A stretch of 64,000 nt of DNA from Octopus sinensis (taxonomy: Eukaryota): contig NC_043000.1 of the NCBI RefSeq assembly GCF_006345805.1, positions 5,952,001 through 6,016,000 on the forward strand, written 5' to 3'. The translations under genes were made by a program, and so were the position numbers. Of the stretch, positions 13,275 through 26,130 are shown piece by piece. Under the pieces are notes generated by a model that saw nothing but the letters and a program-made list of their open reading frames with translations, searched no databases and was not told the DNA's origin. Within the stretch, counting starts at the first letter, position 1. Each line of letters starts with the position of its first letter.

Positions 13275-13686
13275 TTTATCTCTTTTACTCTTTTACTTGT
13301 TTCAGTCATTGGACTGCGGCCATGCTGGAGCACCACCTTTAGTCGAGCAAATTGACCCCGGGACTTATTCTTTGTAAGCCCACTACTTATTCTATTGGTC
13401 TCTTTTGCCGAACCGCTAAGTGACGGGGACGTAAACACACCAGCATCGGTGGTCAAGCAATGCTAGGGGGACAAACACAAACACACACACACACACACAT
13501 ACATATATATATACATATATACGACAGGCTTCTTTCAGTTTCTGTCTACCAAATCCACTCACAAGGCTTTGGTTGGCCCGAGGCTATAGCAGAAGACATT
13601 GCCCAAGATGCCACGCAGTGGGACTGAACCCAGAACCATGTGGTTGGTAGGCAAGCTACTTACCACACAGCCACTCCTGCGCCTAT
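13275..13686 (-). mobile_element. SINE family A, full length
   Basis: Reverse complement of the family A consensus, from ctcttttact to cacagccactcctgcgcctat. Confidence 0.92.
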
Positions 13687-14508
13687 GTTAATATTATAGT
13701 TAATATTTTTTTTTGTTTTTGCTGCTGTTTGTCCAGGTTGCCTTGATAGAACAGACAGACCTATCATCAAGGTGTTCCACCCATGTCCATCCCATCTTTT
13801 ATTCAGACAGTGTATCTAGGACTATGTGCTAGCCAATGTGTCCTTCCTTTTCATTTAAGCTGTAGGATGGGATTTGAGAAACAATCATCTGCTATTTCTA
13901 GCAAAGTGAGCATACACCATTGATTTTGTATTTTTCTGTTTAGAAAAGCAGTCAACTTCAGTTGTTTTAGTGATTGCAATATATGTTAATTAGTTAATTA
14001 CTAATGGTTTATGAAGGATGTCATTGTCCAATTGAGGATAGAAGTAGTGGAGCTTTTTTTTTTTTTAACCTTTTTTTCCTTTGTTTTGTTTTATTTTATT
14101 TTTTTGTACATTTCAAATGAATAATGTGTGGAATTCAAAAGAAATGCCGGTGAAACATGGTGGTATTGTTATTGTATTGGTGGATGACCACCAGGTATTG
14201 ATATTTTAAATGTGATCAGTGACTGAATAATAGAAAAAAAAGCAAACCCATCAAAAACTCTGCAATTGTTTGTAATGATTCCTGGTTCCTTGTGTCCATT
14301 CTATTCATATTTTGCATTCTCAGTGTCAGCCAATTCATATAAAACAATTTACGTGTGGCTAACATGAATGCATTATCAAAAATATATTTCTTTATCTTAT
14401 TTATTTTTTGTTTGTTAATTTTCACTTTTGTTTATTTGTTTTTGTTGTTTTTATGTATGGTATGTTTATTTATATATTTATTTATTCATTTATTTTTCTC
14501 TATTGCAG

Positions 14509-14581
14509 AAGTGTCTGAGGGGAGAGAAACATTAACTGAAGGAAGGCATGAGTTCAATTTTGCTTTTGATCTCCCAATGGG
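14509..14581 (+). CDS. ARRDC3: Alpha-arrestin (ARRDC3-like) internal coding exon, 73 nt
   Basis: Pyrimidine tract + ttgcag acceptor; donor gg|gtaaat. Encodes (E)VSEGRETLTEGRHEFNFAFDLPM(G), matching the arrestin-N 'GxHEFxFxFxLP' motif. Ends in phase 2, compatible with the next exon. Symbol denotes family similarity (co-ortholog of ARRDC2/3/4/TXNIP), not proven 1:1 orthology. Confidence 0.9.
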
Positions 14582-15044
14582 GTAAATTTTCTGTAAATTA
14601 TTATGATTATATAGATATTTGTTTTGTTAAAAAAAAAAAAAAAGCCAAATAACTTATACTGAATTTAATTTTATTCTGCTTTTAGTAAAACTTGAAAATA
14701 TTTCTAAAATTCTAACAACTTAAATTTTGAAAATCTACTTATTTGGCAAATGACCTGGTCTTGGATTGTATGTTGAAACTGAATTAGTTACATTGTGAAA
14801 GAGTTATTTTGATTGTTCCTAAATAATTCTTCTGTAATGGCTTAACCCTTCATCATTCAGATTACTCTGCCAAATGTAATACTTATTTATTCACACTGCT
14901 TTGAATTAATCATAAATTATCTCGTAGTTTCAAGATTTCACTGACGTGATTGTTTATTTTTAGAATGACATTGTAGGGTATGTGTGACAGCTTGGATCTA
15001 GCCAGTTTGAACATAAAACAGATAGAATATCTGGGCTGGCTGCA

Positions 15045-15480
15045 GAGTGTTTGGGCTAAATTTGACAGTTTGCACATAAGGGAAAAGAAACAATGTCATC
15101 CAAAGATAAAAATATTTTTGAAAAAATCAGAAAATTGTCAACTAGATTATGGCTGGGAGACAGCAGTTGAATCCAAGTAGCCACCCTCAGCTTTCAACAT
15201 GGCCTGAAGTTGGCTCTTGAACCTGGTGCATGTGCTCCTCACTGTGTGTCCCCCTGGGAAGCTCTTCAAACACCTCCCTGGTCTTGTCCATCAGCTCAGC
15301 CTTGATATTTCAAGTAGGACGGTTGGTGTCTTTCTCAGCTGCATCCCACACATAATAATCCATCGGATTACAATCAAAGGAATTAGGAGGCCAGAAATTG
15401 GAACTGGTAGAATTGTAGAAATTCTCCAACAACCACTTCTGACCATTTCCCGAGGTATGGCCAAAGCATATGGCTTTCTG
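15045..15480 (-). pseudogene. Tc1/mariner (maT/DD37D-like) transposase 3' relic
   Basis: Minus strand 15400-15320 reads NFWPPNSFDCNPMDYYVWDAAEKDTNR (WPPxSPDxNPxDY-type motif). Subfamily is inferred from the motif only. Confidence 0.7.
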
Positions 15481-15639
15481 GCAGCTTCATGGTGGTGATT
15501 TCAACACTCAGTTCTCTTACTTGGATCTTTCATCACCTTGTCCTGCAGTGGTTGGATGGAAGATGTTCAATTTCCTGTCTAGTGCCTTAGTCAGAAGCCA
15601 TGACTGACAGCCATAGAGGAAGTTAGAAAATATGATGCT

Positions 15640-16200
15640 TGGGAACAGCTGGATTTTGACCTTCCTACTGATGTTGTGTGTTTTAGAGATTCATTAAGGA
15701 TCTCAAATTGAAAATATTGTGTATGAACAGGGACAGGTGACACTGACTTTTTTTTCAGTTCAGTCAGGTGTGAGACAAGGTTGCATACTCTCATCCTTTT
15801 AATTCACTCTTGTTGTTGATTATATTCTGCTAAAGTTTCTAGGTCATCACAATGGACTTGCATGGACTGCATTTCACTGTAAGTTGGCGCTTATTGCTGA
15901 AGGCAAAGCAGAAATGACCAACAGCTTATTGCTGAAAAAACTAGGTTTGACCATTAGTGTTGAAAAAAATCGAAGTAATGAGATGGGCAATGATCTATTA
16001 AGAACTCAATCTCTGTAGATGATCACGTAGAAGAATGTGAAGAATTCACATACCTTGGCAGTAACATCCAGTTGTAATGGAGATGTGGAGAAAGAAGTTA
16101 ACATTAAGGTTGGTAGCGCTAACAGTGCCCTTCTCAAATTCGGAAGACTGGTGCAATGAAAAATAAAAATACAAACATTTCTTGAAAAACATGTAAGCAA
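15640..16200 (+). pseudogene. Decayed RTE-like reverse transcriptase relic
   Basis: tcaggtgtgagacaaggttgcatactctca reads SGVRQGCILS; VEECEEFTYLGSNI...DVEKEVNIKVGSA near 16030-16120; many disruptions. Confidence 0.7.
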
Positions 16201-16419
16201 CAAGAAGAGTAGCTGGCTGTAAAACAGTGCCTCAGTACATATTCATCCAGCCCAGGGTAGCATGGAAAAAAAAAACAAGCATCTCATTATTTCTTAATTC
16301 AGGGCTATATTTTGCCCAGCATTGGTGTGATATGAGTACAGTAGGGTTAACTGCAGTTTTTTTTCCTCGTGAATATTTATCTAAATAATTATGTAATATT
16401 TTCATATTCCAAAATATTA

Positions 16420-16463
<44 letters not shown>

Positions 16464-16812
16464 TATACATACACACATATACATACACACACATATATTC
16501 TTGAAGTTGATAACGGGTGATGACAGAGGAAAGGTAAACAATTTGTGCCTGTATGTTATTTAAGCACGACTGTTTAGAAAGATGGTAGATAGTTTTTGGT
16601 TAATTTATTTTGGTTTTGATATCGTTTTTGTTTCTTCTTTTTAAAAATTATTTACACTTTCGGCATGTAGCTTATTTCTGAATGTGAAAAATATATTATG
16701 CGAATGATATGTTCCCATACAAATTGAAACCCTCTATCTTCTTATTTTCCCTTTAGTCTTCTAGGTTAGGTGAGAAATATGGTTTATGATTTACTATCGT
16801 GATACAGTTTAC

Positions 16813-17380
16813 TCATCATTGTTTAACATCCGCCTTCCATGCTGGCATGGGTTGGATGGTTTGAAAGGAGCTGGCCAGGCAGAAGACTGCGCCATACTTC
16901 CATGTCTGTTTTGGTATGGTTTTTACGGCTGGGTGCCTTTCCTAACACCAACCACTCTATAGGAGTGGACTGAGTGCTTTTTACGTGGCACCAGCACAGG
17001 CAAGGTCAGTTTTGGCATGGTTATTTTAAAGGCGGTGAGCTGGCAGAGTGGTTAGCACGCCAGGCGAAATGCTTAACAGTATTTTGTCTGCTGCTATGTT
17101 TTGAGTTCAAATTCCGCCGAGGTCAACTTTGCCTTTCATCCTTTCAGGGTCGATTAAATAAGTACCAGTCACGCACTGGGGTCGATATAATCGACTTAAT
17201 CCGTTTGTCTGTCCTTGTTTGTCCCCTCTGTGTTTAGCCCCTTGTGGGTAGTAAAGAAATAGGTTGTTACAGCTGGATGCCCTTCCGAATGTCACCCACT
17301 TAACAGTGTGGACCGGATGCTTTTTAGATGGCAGCAGCACTGGCAAGGTAACCAAGTAACTTGCAAGATACTTTACTACT
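16813..17380. mobile_element. Family D repeat (-) interrupted by SINE B (+, 17028-17262)
   Basis: catcattgtttaacatccgccttccatgctggcatggg... ; full SINE B inside; D sequence resumes at acagctggatgcccttcc. Confidence 0.85.
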
Positions 17381-17489
17381 GAATATAAAAAAAAAAGTCC
17401 CCTGAACATTTCTGTCTCATGTCCTAGGACTTATAATGCTGTTTACTGGGTTTCCATGACACATAAGTGACCGAGATCACAACACTCTT

Positions 17490-17662
17490 TGAACAGTAAC
17501 CCAGTGAACTGAAAGGTACCCACTTACAGCTGAGTGAACTGAAGCAATGTGAAATGAAGAGCTTTGTTTAAGAACACACCACACCACCCAGTTCAGGAAC
17601 TGAAACAGCAATCTTGCAGTTGTGAGTGCAACACACTAACCTACTGAGCCATATGCCTTCAC
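17490..17662 (-). mobile_element. CORE-like SINE (family C) head
   Basis: acagctgagtgaactgaagcaatgtgaaatgaagagctttgtttaagaacac...actgagccatatgccttcac is the reverse of the family C head and core. Confidence 0.7.
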
Positions 17663-17749
17663 TTACTACAAGATAGTTCAGATGTGAAATATTTACTTGA
17701 AGATCAAACTATGCTTTTTATGGGAGAACTAAAAAAATTAAGGTAACAA

Positions 17750-18125
17750 ATAGGTGCAGGTGTGGCATGTGATAAGAACTTCACTTCCTAACCACATGGT
17801 TCCAGGTTCAGTCCCACTGCGTAGAACCTTTGGCAAGTGTCTTCTACTATAGCCTCAGGTCAGCCAAAGCCTTGTGAGTGGATTTGGTAGATGGAAACTG
17901 AAAGAAGCCTGTTGTGTATATGTGCATGTGTGTTTGTCCCACCACCACCATTTGATAACTGGTGTTGGTGTGTTTACATCCCTGTAACTTAGCGTTTGGC
18001 AAAAGAGACCAATAGAATAAGTACCAGACTAAAAATAAGTACTGGGGCAGATTAATTTGACTAGAAATTCTTCAAGGTGGTGCCCCAGCATGGCCACAGT
18101 CTAATGACCGAAACAAGTAAAAGAT
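17750..18125 (+). mobile_element. SINE family A
   Basis: Head, body and tail all match family A. Confidence 0.88.
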
Positions 18126-18431
18126 AGATAAATATATAAAATTAATTTGTGTGGTAAAGAAGTTTGCTTTGGAACCATGTGGTTCTGGGTTCGATCTCAG
18201 TGTAGAACCTTGGTGAGTGTATCTTGCTCTAGCCTTGCATTGGCTAGAATTTGGGACATGGAAACTGTGCATAAGACTATAATTTGTAATTGTATGTGTA
18301 TGTGTTGTATGTATATGTACATGTGTGTGTATGTATATATGTGTATGTATGTATATGTGTATCATCATCATCATTTAACATGCATTTTCCATGCTGTTGT
18401 ATGTATATAAATATATGTGTGTGTATAACTT

Positions 18432-18474
<43 letters not shown>

Positions 18475-19004
18475 ATATAAATGTATGTATATACATGCTA
18501 CATATGTGTGCATGCGTGTATGTGTATATATATATGTATACATCCTCATCATTATCATTAACATCTGTTTTCCATGCTGACATGGGTTATGCATGTAGTG
18601 TATGTATGTATATAAATATATGTGTGTATAGGTGTATATGTTACACACACACACACACACACACATTTGTGTGTGTATGTACATGTAAATAAATAAATAT
18701 ATATATAATGTATACACATGCATTCAAAATTTTAATATTGAATTTATATACACATACATACACTCTGACATGTATACACATTCACTCAAAATTTTAATAC
18801 CATACATGTACATATACATACATACATAGACAAATGTGTAGAATTCTGCGACATTAATTTTTAAGCATAATCAAGTTATGAGGAAGCTACCATTGTAGTC
18901 TTCACTGTCACATCTCGTTGGCTGATTTTCTTTCAAACACTTCTTTCTTTCTTTCTTTCATTCGTTTATCTTTTTATATGGCTTCTACCGTTTTTTGCCT
19001 TTTG

Positions 19005-19470
19005 TCTTTTTCTCTCTTACTTGCTTTAGTCATTCGATTGTGGCCATGCTGGGGCAACACCTCGAAGGGTTTTAGTCAAAGAAATCAACTTCAGTACTTA
19101 CTTATTTTTTTAAAGTTTGGTACTTGTTCTGTTGGGTCTCTTTCGCTGAGCCACTAAGTTGTGGAGATGTAAACAAACCAACACCAGTTGTCAAGCATTA
19201 TCAGGGTGTGTGTGTGTGTGTGTATGACAAATAGAAAGACACACACACACACACACAGACATATTCACACACACATGCATACATACACTCACATACATGC
19301 ACAGTATGCTTCCTCACAGTTTCCATCTAGTAAATTCACTCATAGGACATTGGTTAATCTGGGACTGTAGTAGAAGAGATTTTACCACAGTGCTGTGTAG
19401 TGAGACTGAACCTGAAACTGTGTGGTTCCAAAGCAACCTTCTTAACGACCTGGCTATACCTGCACCTACA
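19005..19470 (-). mobile_element. SINE family A, diverged
   Basis: Reverse-oriented tail at 19005-19200 and head at 19310-19470. Confidence 0.75.
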
Positions 19471-19734
19471 TTTACCCCTCTTTTACTATTTTTTGTTATT
19501 GGACTGCAGCCATGGACTGGGGCACCAACTTCTAGGTGTTCAGTCAATCATAATGGAACCTCACCCCATCAGTGCTTGTTTCAGTTTAGTAACTTAGTTA
19601 ATCAGGCTCTATTTGTCAAAGTGCTAAGTCACAGGACATAAAGTAGCAAAGTATAAACAACAGTGGCTTTCAGCCAGGTGGAAATTTAACATCCATGCAC
19701 ACACACACATATATACACACACATTATATATATG

Positions 19735-19769
<35 letters not shown>

Positions 19770-19775
<6 letters not shown>

Positions 19776-20118
19776 AAAAGGGTAAACACCCCCTTCGGTC
19801 ATGAATGACCCTGGGATTGCACTGAGAAAGTTCCTCTCTGAGGCACAATTTTGGACGCGGTTGTTTATGGAAGACCAGCAGTCATCCATGCATACCGGCC
19901 TCCCCTCTCCACGCCACTGATGTTATCCAAGGGAAAGGCAAGGGCCGATACAGCTTGGCACCAATGACATCGCAATTCATTTCTGTGGCTGAATGAGCTG
20001 GAACAACGTGAAATAAAGTGTCTTGCTCAAGAACACAACACGCAGCCCGGTCCGGTAATCGAACTCACTACCTCATCATTGTGAATCCGATGCTCTAATC
20101 ACTGAGCCATGCACCATC
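19770..20118 (-). mobile_element. CORE-like SINE family C1, full length
   Basis: Reverse complement of 4556-4880 (aaagggtaaacacccccttcggtcatgaatgacc...aagtgtcttgctcaagaacacaac...ccactgagccatgc). Confidence 0.9.
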
Positions 20119-20522
20119 ACATATATATATATGCATGCGCACACACACACAGTGGGCAAGAATCTTCTACTATAGCCCCATGATGACCACAGCCTTGTGA
20201 GTGGATTTGATAGCCGGAAACCTATGTATGTATATGTGTGTGTATGTTGGTGTCTCCTTGCCTTGACGTCACCCAGTAGTTGTAAATGTGTGTCACTGTC
20301 ATGCAAGCAGTGTCATTCATTTCAAATCTTCCATGAAAACACATCTGTGCATGGGGAAATATTTATGTTGCTTGGAAACAGATGAGAGCTGGTGACAGGA
20401 AAGTTATCCAGTCACAGGAAATCACAGAAAATCTGCCTCAATGAATTTTGTCTGATCTATGCAAGCATGGAAAAAGGGATGTTGCAACAATTGTGATATA
20501 TGCATATGTATATATGTGTATG

Positions 20523-20556
<34 letters not shown>

Positions 20557-20699
20557 ATATATATACATACGTACATATACATACATACACAGTAATGCCT
20601 TGATATTCGAGTTAATTTGTTCTTGGAGACCACTCATAAAACAGAGCAATAATTTCCCATAGTAGCAATGTTATAAATTGTAATTTGTTCTTAGAAAAA

Positions 20700-21093
20700 T
20701 ATTCTTTACTCTTTAACTTGTTTCAGTCATTTGACTGTGGCCATGCTGGAGCACGGCCTTTAGTCCAGCAAATCGACTCCAGGACTTATTCTTTGTAAGC
20801 CTGTTACTTATTCTATCAGTCTCTTTTGCCAAACTGCTAAGTTACAGGGACATAAACATACCAGCATTGGTTGTCAGGCGATGTTGGGGGTCAAACACAA
20901 ACATATACACACACACACACATACATACATATATATACACTACAGGCTTCTTTCAGTTTCCGTCTCCCAAATCCACTCACAAGGCTTTAGTCAGCCCGAG
21001 GCTATAGTAGAAGACATTTGCCCAAGTTGTCACGCAGTGGCACTGAATCTGGAACCATGTGGTTTGTAAGCAGGCTACTTACCACACAGCCAC
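20700..21093 (-). mobile_element. SINE family A
   Basis: Reverse complement of the family A consensus. Confidence 0.9.
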
Positions 21094-21911
21094 ATAATAC
21101 TTATAAATAAATGGCAATAAAACAACAGTAGAGTGTAAAGAATATTTTATGTGAAGTAAAGAGATGGACTTGTAGATTTCTTTTTAAAAAAACAAGTCTA
21201 AAGTTGTTTGTTTAGAATCTTTCTTTAACTCTATATAAATTTCTTAGTAACACGCAGAAGCATTTGTTACGATAGTAGACACTCTTGCACTTTGTTCAAA
21301 ATTTGGATTTTTATATTTATTATGAAATAAAACTCATAAACCTGGGGTCTCATAAAGTGGGTCCTTGTAAAGTGAAGTATTACTGTATATATATATTGTA
21401 TGTATGTCTGTTTATGTGTATGTTTATATTTGTACCTTTTCAAAAACTGGTGTTCACCTTGATGGTGGTACCCCAGCATGGCCACAGTCCAGTTACTGAA
21501 AGCAGTAAGTAAGTAATACATGTCGAGGCCATACAACTAGACAGATAAATAAATAAATGAAAGTGTGTTCAATATCGAAGAAGCAACAGGCAAGATGCTG
21601 TTGCTAGGACTTGACAATAGCAACCTCGTAGCTAGCTTACAGTAAAAAAAAAAAAAAAAAAATTGATATCACACATTGCTAGACATGATAGATAGTCAGA
21701 ATCTATTTGAAACAAGAGCTATTAATTTTATAGATTTGGATTGATGATTGATGAATAGAGCTTGCCGATAAATCATTGCACAGCTTTTCTATACTCTTGT
21801 ATATAACATATGAGATCTACAAGGAAACTTCATGGTAAAATGTGCTGTTGTTCTGTTTTCAAAATAAAATTCCACAAAGAAGAGCTACCTTGCATTATTA
21901 TTATTATTATT

Positions 21912-23127
21912 TAGGTGGCGAGCTGGGAGAATTGTTAGCATGCTGGGAGAAATGCTTAGCGGTATTTCGTCTGCCGCTACGTTCTGAGTTCAAATTCTGC
22001 CGAGGTCGACTTTGCCTTTCATCCTTTCAGGGTCGATTAAATAAGTACCAGTTATGCACTGGGGTCGATATAATCGACTTAATCCGTTTGTCTCTCCTTG
22101 TTTGTCCTCTCTGTGTTTAGCCCCTTGTGGGTAGTAAAGAAATAGGTATTTCATCTGTTGCTACATTCTGAGTTTAAATTCTGCTGAGGTCAACTTTGCC
22201 TTTCATCCTTTTGGAGTTGATAAATTAAGTACCAGTTACGCACTGGGTCGATGTAATCGACTCATCCCCTCCCACCAAAATTGCTGCCCTTGTGGCAAAA
22301 TTTGAAACTATCATTATTGTTCAGGTGGTGCACCGGCTGAATTGTTAGCATGCCAGACAAAATGTTTAGTAGCATTTCGCTCATCACTGTGTTCTGAGTT
22401 CAAATTCTGTCAAAGTATGCGCAGGAGTGGCTGTGTGGTATGTAGCTTGTTTACCAACCACATGGTTCCGGGTTCAGTCCCACTGCATGGCACTTTGGGC
22501 AAGTGTCTTCTGCTATAGCCTCGGGTCGACCAAAGCCTTTGTGAGTGGATTTGGTAGACGGAAGCTGAAAGAAGCCCGTCATATATATGTATATATATAT
22601 GTGTATGTTTGTTTGTGTGTCTGTGTTTGTCCCCCCAACATCGCTTGACAACTGATGCTGGTGTGTATACATCCCCGTAACTTAGCGGTTCGGCAAAAGA
22701 GACCGATAGAATAAGTCCTGGGGTCAATTTGCTCGAATAAAGGTAGTGCTCCAGCATGGCTACAGTCAAATGACTGAAACAAGTAAAGAGTTACCTTTCA
22801 TCCTTTTGGGGTTGATAAAGTAAGTAGCAGTTACACACTGGGGTTGATGTAATCAACTATCCCCCTCCCCGAAATTTCAGGCCTTGTGCCTATAGTAGAA
22901 AGGACTATTTGGAGACTGCAAGCTGGCGGAACCGTTAGCATGGTGGGTACAATGCTTAGCAGCATTTTGTCTGTTCTTAGGTTCTGAGTTCAAATTCTGC
23001 TGAGGTTGACTTCACCTTTCATCTTTTTGGGGTTGATGAAACAAGTGCCAGTAAAGTACTGGGGTTGATGTAATCGACAAACCCCTTCCCCACAAAAATT
23101 TCAGGCCTTGTGCCTTTAGTAAAATGA

Positions 23128-23162
<35 letters not shown>

Positions 23163-23630
23163 GGTGGCAAGCTGGCAGAATCGTTAGCATACTGGGCAAA
23201 ATGCTTAGCAGCATTTCATCCATCTTTATGTTTTGAGTTCAAATTCTGCTGAAGTCAGTTTTGCCTTTCATCTCTTCAGGGTCGATAAATTAAGCACCAG
23301 TGGAACACTGGGATCAATGTAGTTAACTTGTCCCTTTCCTCAAATTTCAGGCCTTGTGGCTATAGTAGAAAGGATTATTATTATTATTATTATTATTATT
23401 AAGGTGGTGTGCTGGCAGTCATTAGCTCATTTGGGTGAAAAGCTTAGTGGTATTTCACCTGTCACTACATTCTGAGCTTAAGTTCCTCTGAGGTCAACTT
23501 TGTCTTTCATCCTTTCAGGGTCGATAAATTAAGTACCAGTCAAGTACTGGGGGTTGATGTGATTGTTTGTCTTCCTTCCCACAGAAATCCAGGCCTTGTG
23601 CCCATAGTAGAAAGGATTATCATTATTATT
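21912..23630 (+). mobile_element. Head-to-tail cluster of about six SINE B copies with one nested SINE A (22417-22790)
   Basis: Repeated ttctgagttcaaattc...ctttcatcctt...gggtcgat...aagtaccag units starting near 21912, 22146, 22321, 22910, 23161 and 23401, several separated by (att)n. Confidence 0.9.
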
Positions 23631-24339
23631 TTACACCTATCAGGAAAAACTGTGGTCATGGTGATAAGAGAGAGAAAACAACACTAACATCAAGTTCGCC
23701 TATTTGATTATTAAACTTGTTTATTTAATATTGATTATTAATATTGTCAAGGTCCTTGTATCTGTTCAGACAAGTTTGGTTTTGTACGAGTGTGAAACAA
23801 AAGGGTGTATTAAACACACTGTTTGAATCAGAAACAAGCAAAGAAGAAGAGAAAAAAAGAGAAAGGGAAAAATATTTTAATTTAAGCCTTGTAACTACTT
23901 TTGATTTTCATGTGAATTTCAAGGTAGATAGATAATAATGCTGTCTCGGTGAGCTAATTAATTAGGGGAAGCTCCTCCCTCCATTCATTCTCCTCGTTTC
24001 TGTAATATCGTTACTGGTGTCTTCTGATGATGAAATCAATAATTACCAAAGCTTTTAGTAGATATTTCAATATTAATTAGAAATATGGTAGGATTTCATA
24101 CTCATTAAAGATATCATTTTACTCTTTCTAAATAGGATCTCCATGAATCTTTTTGTCCCCCAATCTATTCATCTACTTTCATTTGTTAACATGGCTGTAT
24201 GGTTAAAATGCTTGCTTCACAACCCTGTGATTCTGGGTTCAATTCCATGACACCTTCACCAAATGTCTTCTACCATAGTCATCAGTTACCCAGTTTCTTG
24301 TGAATAGAACCTGTTGTGCAGACACCGTGCATACATGCA

Positions 24340-24910
24340 TATCACATTTCTTGAATGCCCAGATCCTTAGAGGTAGTTGACGTTTTCTGTTACTTAGGTG
24401 ACCTAATTAGAAGGGTGCTCTGAAAGTATAATTGCTAGAATATGAACTGGCTGAAGAAAGTTCAGAGAGCCATTTCTTCTGTTTGTAAGAAAAGGCCTCT
24501 CTCAGAGGGTGAATGGCAGATTGTATGATGCTTGTGTAGTAACAGCAATGTGCACTGTGAATACAGAGGACATACAAAGCCTAGAAAGAAACAAAGCTAG
24601 CATGCTTCACTGGATGTGCAATGTCAGTGTACATATACAGCAAGGTGCAAATTTGTTTTGAGAGAAAAATTGGGCATAAGAGGCAAAAGAGAAGACTGTG
24701 TTGGTATGGTCATGTGATGCAAATAGTTGACTCCAGCTGCATGAAGACATGCCAACTTCTAAATATAGATGGAACTCATGATGAAAGAAGGAGACCCAGG
24801 AAGACATGGGATGAAGTAGTGAAGTCTGACTTTGGTGTTGTTGAGCTTCATGGGGGGCATGACAAAGGACCAAGATGAATGATGATTCACTCTGCTGGAG
24901 AAGACCTGTC
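24340..24910 (+). pseudogene. RTE LINE ORF C-terminal relic
   Basis: RRLCWYGHVMQ...RRRPRKTWDEVVKSD; homologous to 60580-60805. Confidence 0.8.
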
Positions 24911-25249
24911 TATCTCCGACACATCGTTAATGTCTATACTTCCACATTAAGTATGTTCTTGTCAAGACTTTCAAAAGACACTCACCCTTCCGCCACCCTT
25001 CTAACTATGGCACTATTTCTCAGCTGCTGTAACTATACAAGAACATAATTGCACATACTCCTCCCTTTTTTTTTTTTTTTTGAGCTACCAGTAATCCTGC
25101 TTCTTGGAATCACTTCCTCTGCCATTCATCCTGTGTTCCCAACAACATCCCTTGCCACTGTATATCCTCTGAAAGTTCCCTTTTCCATGAACATCCTCTC
25201 AGATCTTCCACCAATGCTCCATTTGGGATTTCTGTCTGTTCTCTGTCAC

Positions 25250-25289
<40 letters not shown>

Positions 25290-25355
25290 ACATGTCATTT
25301 TATTTCACTATTTCTTATCTATCTACAGTTTTATTGTATTGTTCTCCAACCTCAC

Positions 25356-25386
<31 letters not shown>

Positions 25387-26130
25387 CACACATTGTCCTT
25401 ACATTCCCCCTATGTGTCTCTCTCCTTCACCTCCTTGATTCTCTGCTCCTATTCTCTCTCTCTCTCTCTCTCTTCACTTTCTTGTACCTTGAGAGTATAA
25501 TCCTTTCACCTGATTTCCACCATCCTTTCTCTTGTTCCTGCTGGGATAGCCATCTATCTCATCTGAAAGTATCATCTTTATATACATAACTGGGCTTCTT
25601 GCCCAATTTGTTCATCAAACCTTCCTCACCATCCATCCCTTGTCTTTCTATCATAGATCTGTCCATCACTTGCCAAACTGCAGCATTTTACTGCTGTAAT
25701 TAAATGAATGCACAATATTTCCTTGTCTTTTTATCATAACCTCTTCACTTGGCATTCATCCTTCATTCTTAACATTGTCACTCTCCTCTTACATTTTACA
25801 CTGATCGCCTTTTTGAGCTACTAAATTATCACTTCCTCTCTCCTGAGCAACATCCTGTTGACTTGCTCCTATCACTTTACATCTCTCTCCCCACACACTA
25901 TGTCATCTTTTCTCACACATTCTTAACAATCTACACACCTGCACATCATTTCCCTTTCTTTCCTACTCCTTCTGTCTGCTTTAAATTTTAAAGGGTTAAA
26001 ACAAGAAATTTGTATCAAAGAATCAGGGTGACTTGGTGTCAGAAGGGTTTAGAAAATCTTCCTAAAACTTTCTTTCATAAAGAGTTGGTACTCAGTCTTT
26101 TCAAAATAAATATTTTTATATTTATATATA

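Noticed and set aside
1-14508. First coding exon of the arrestin gene
   Set aside because: No arrestin N-terminal sequence found by eye; it presumably lies upstream of the window.
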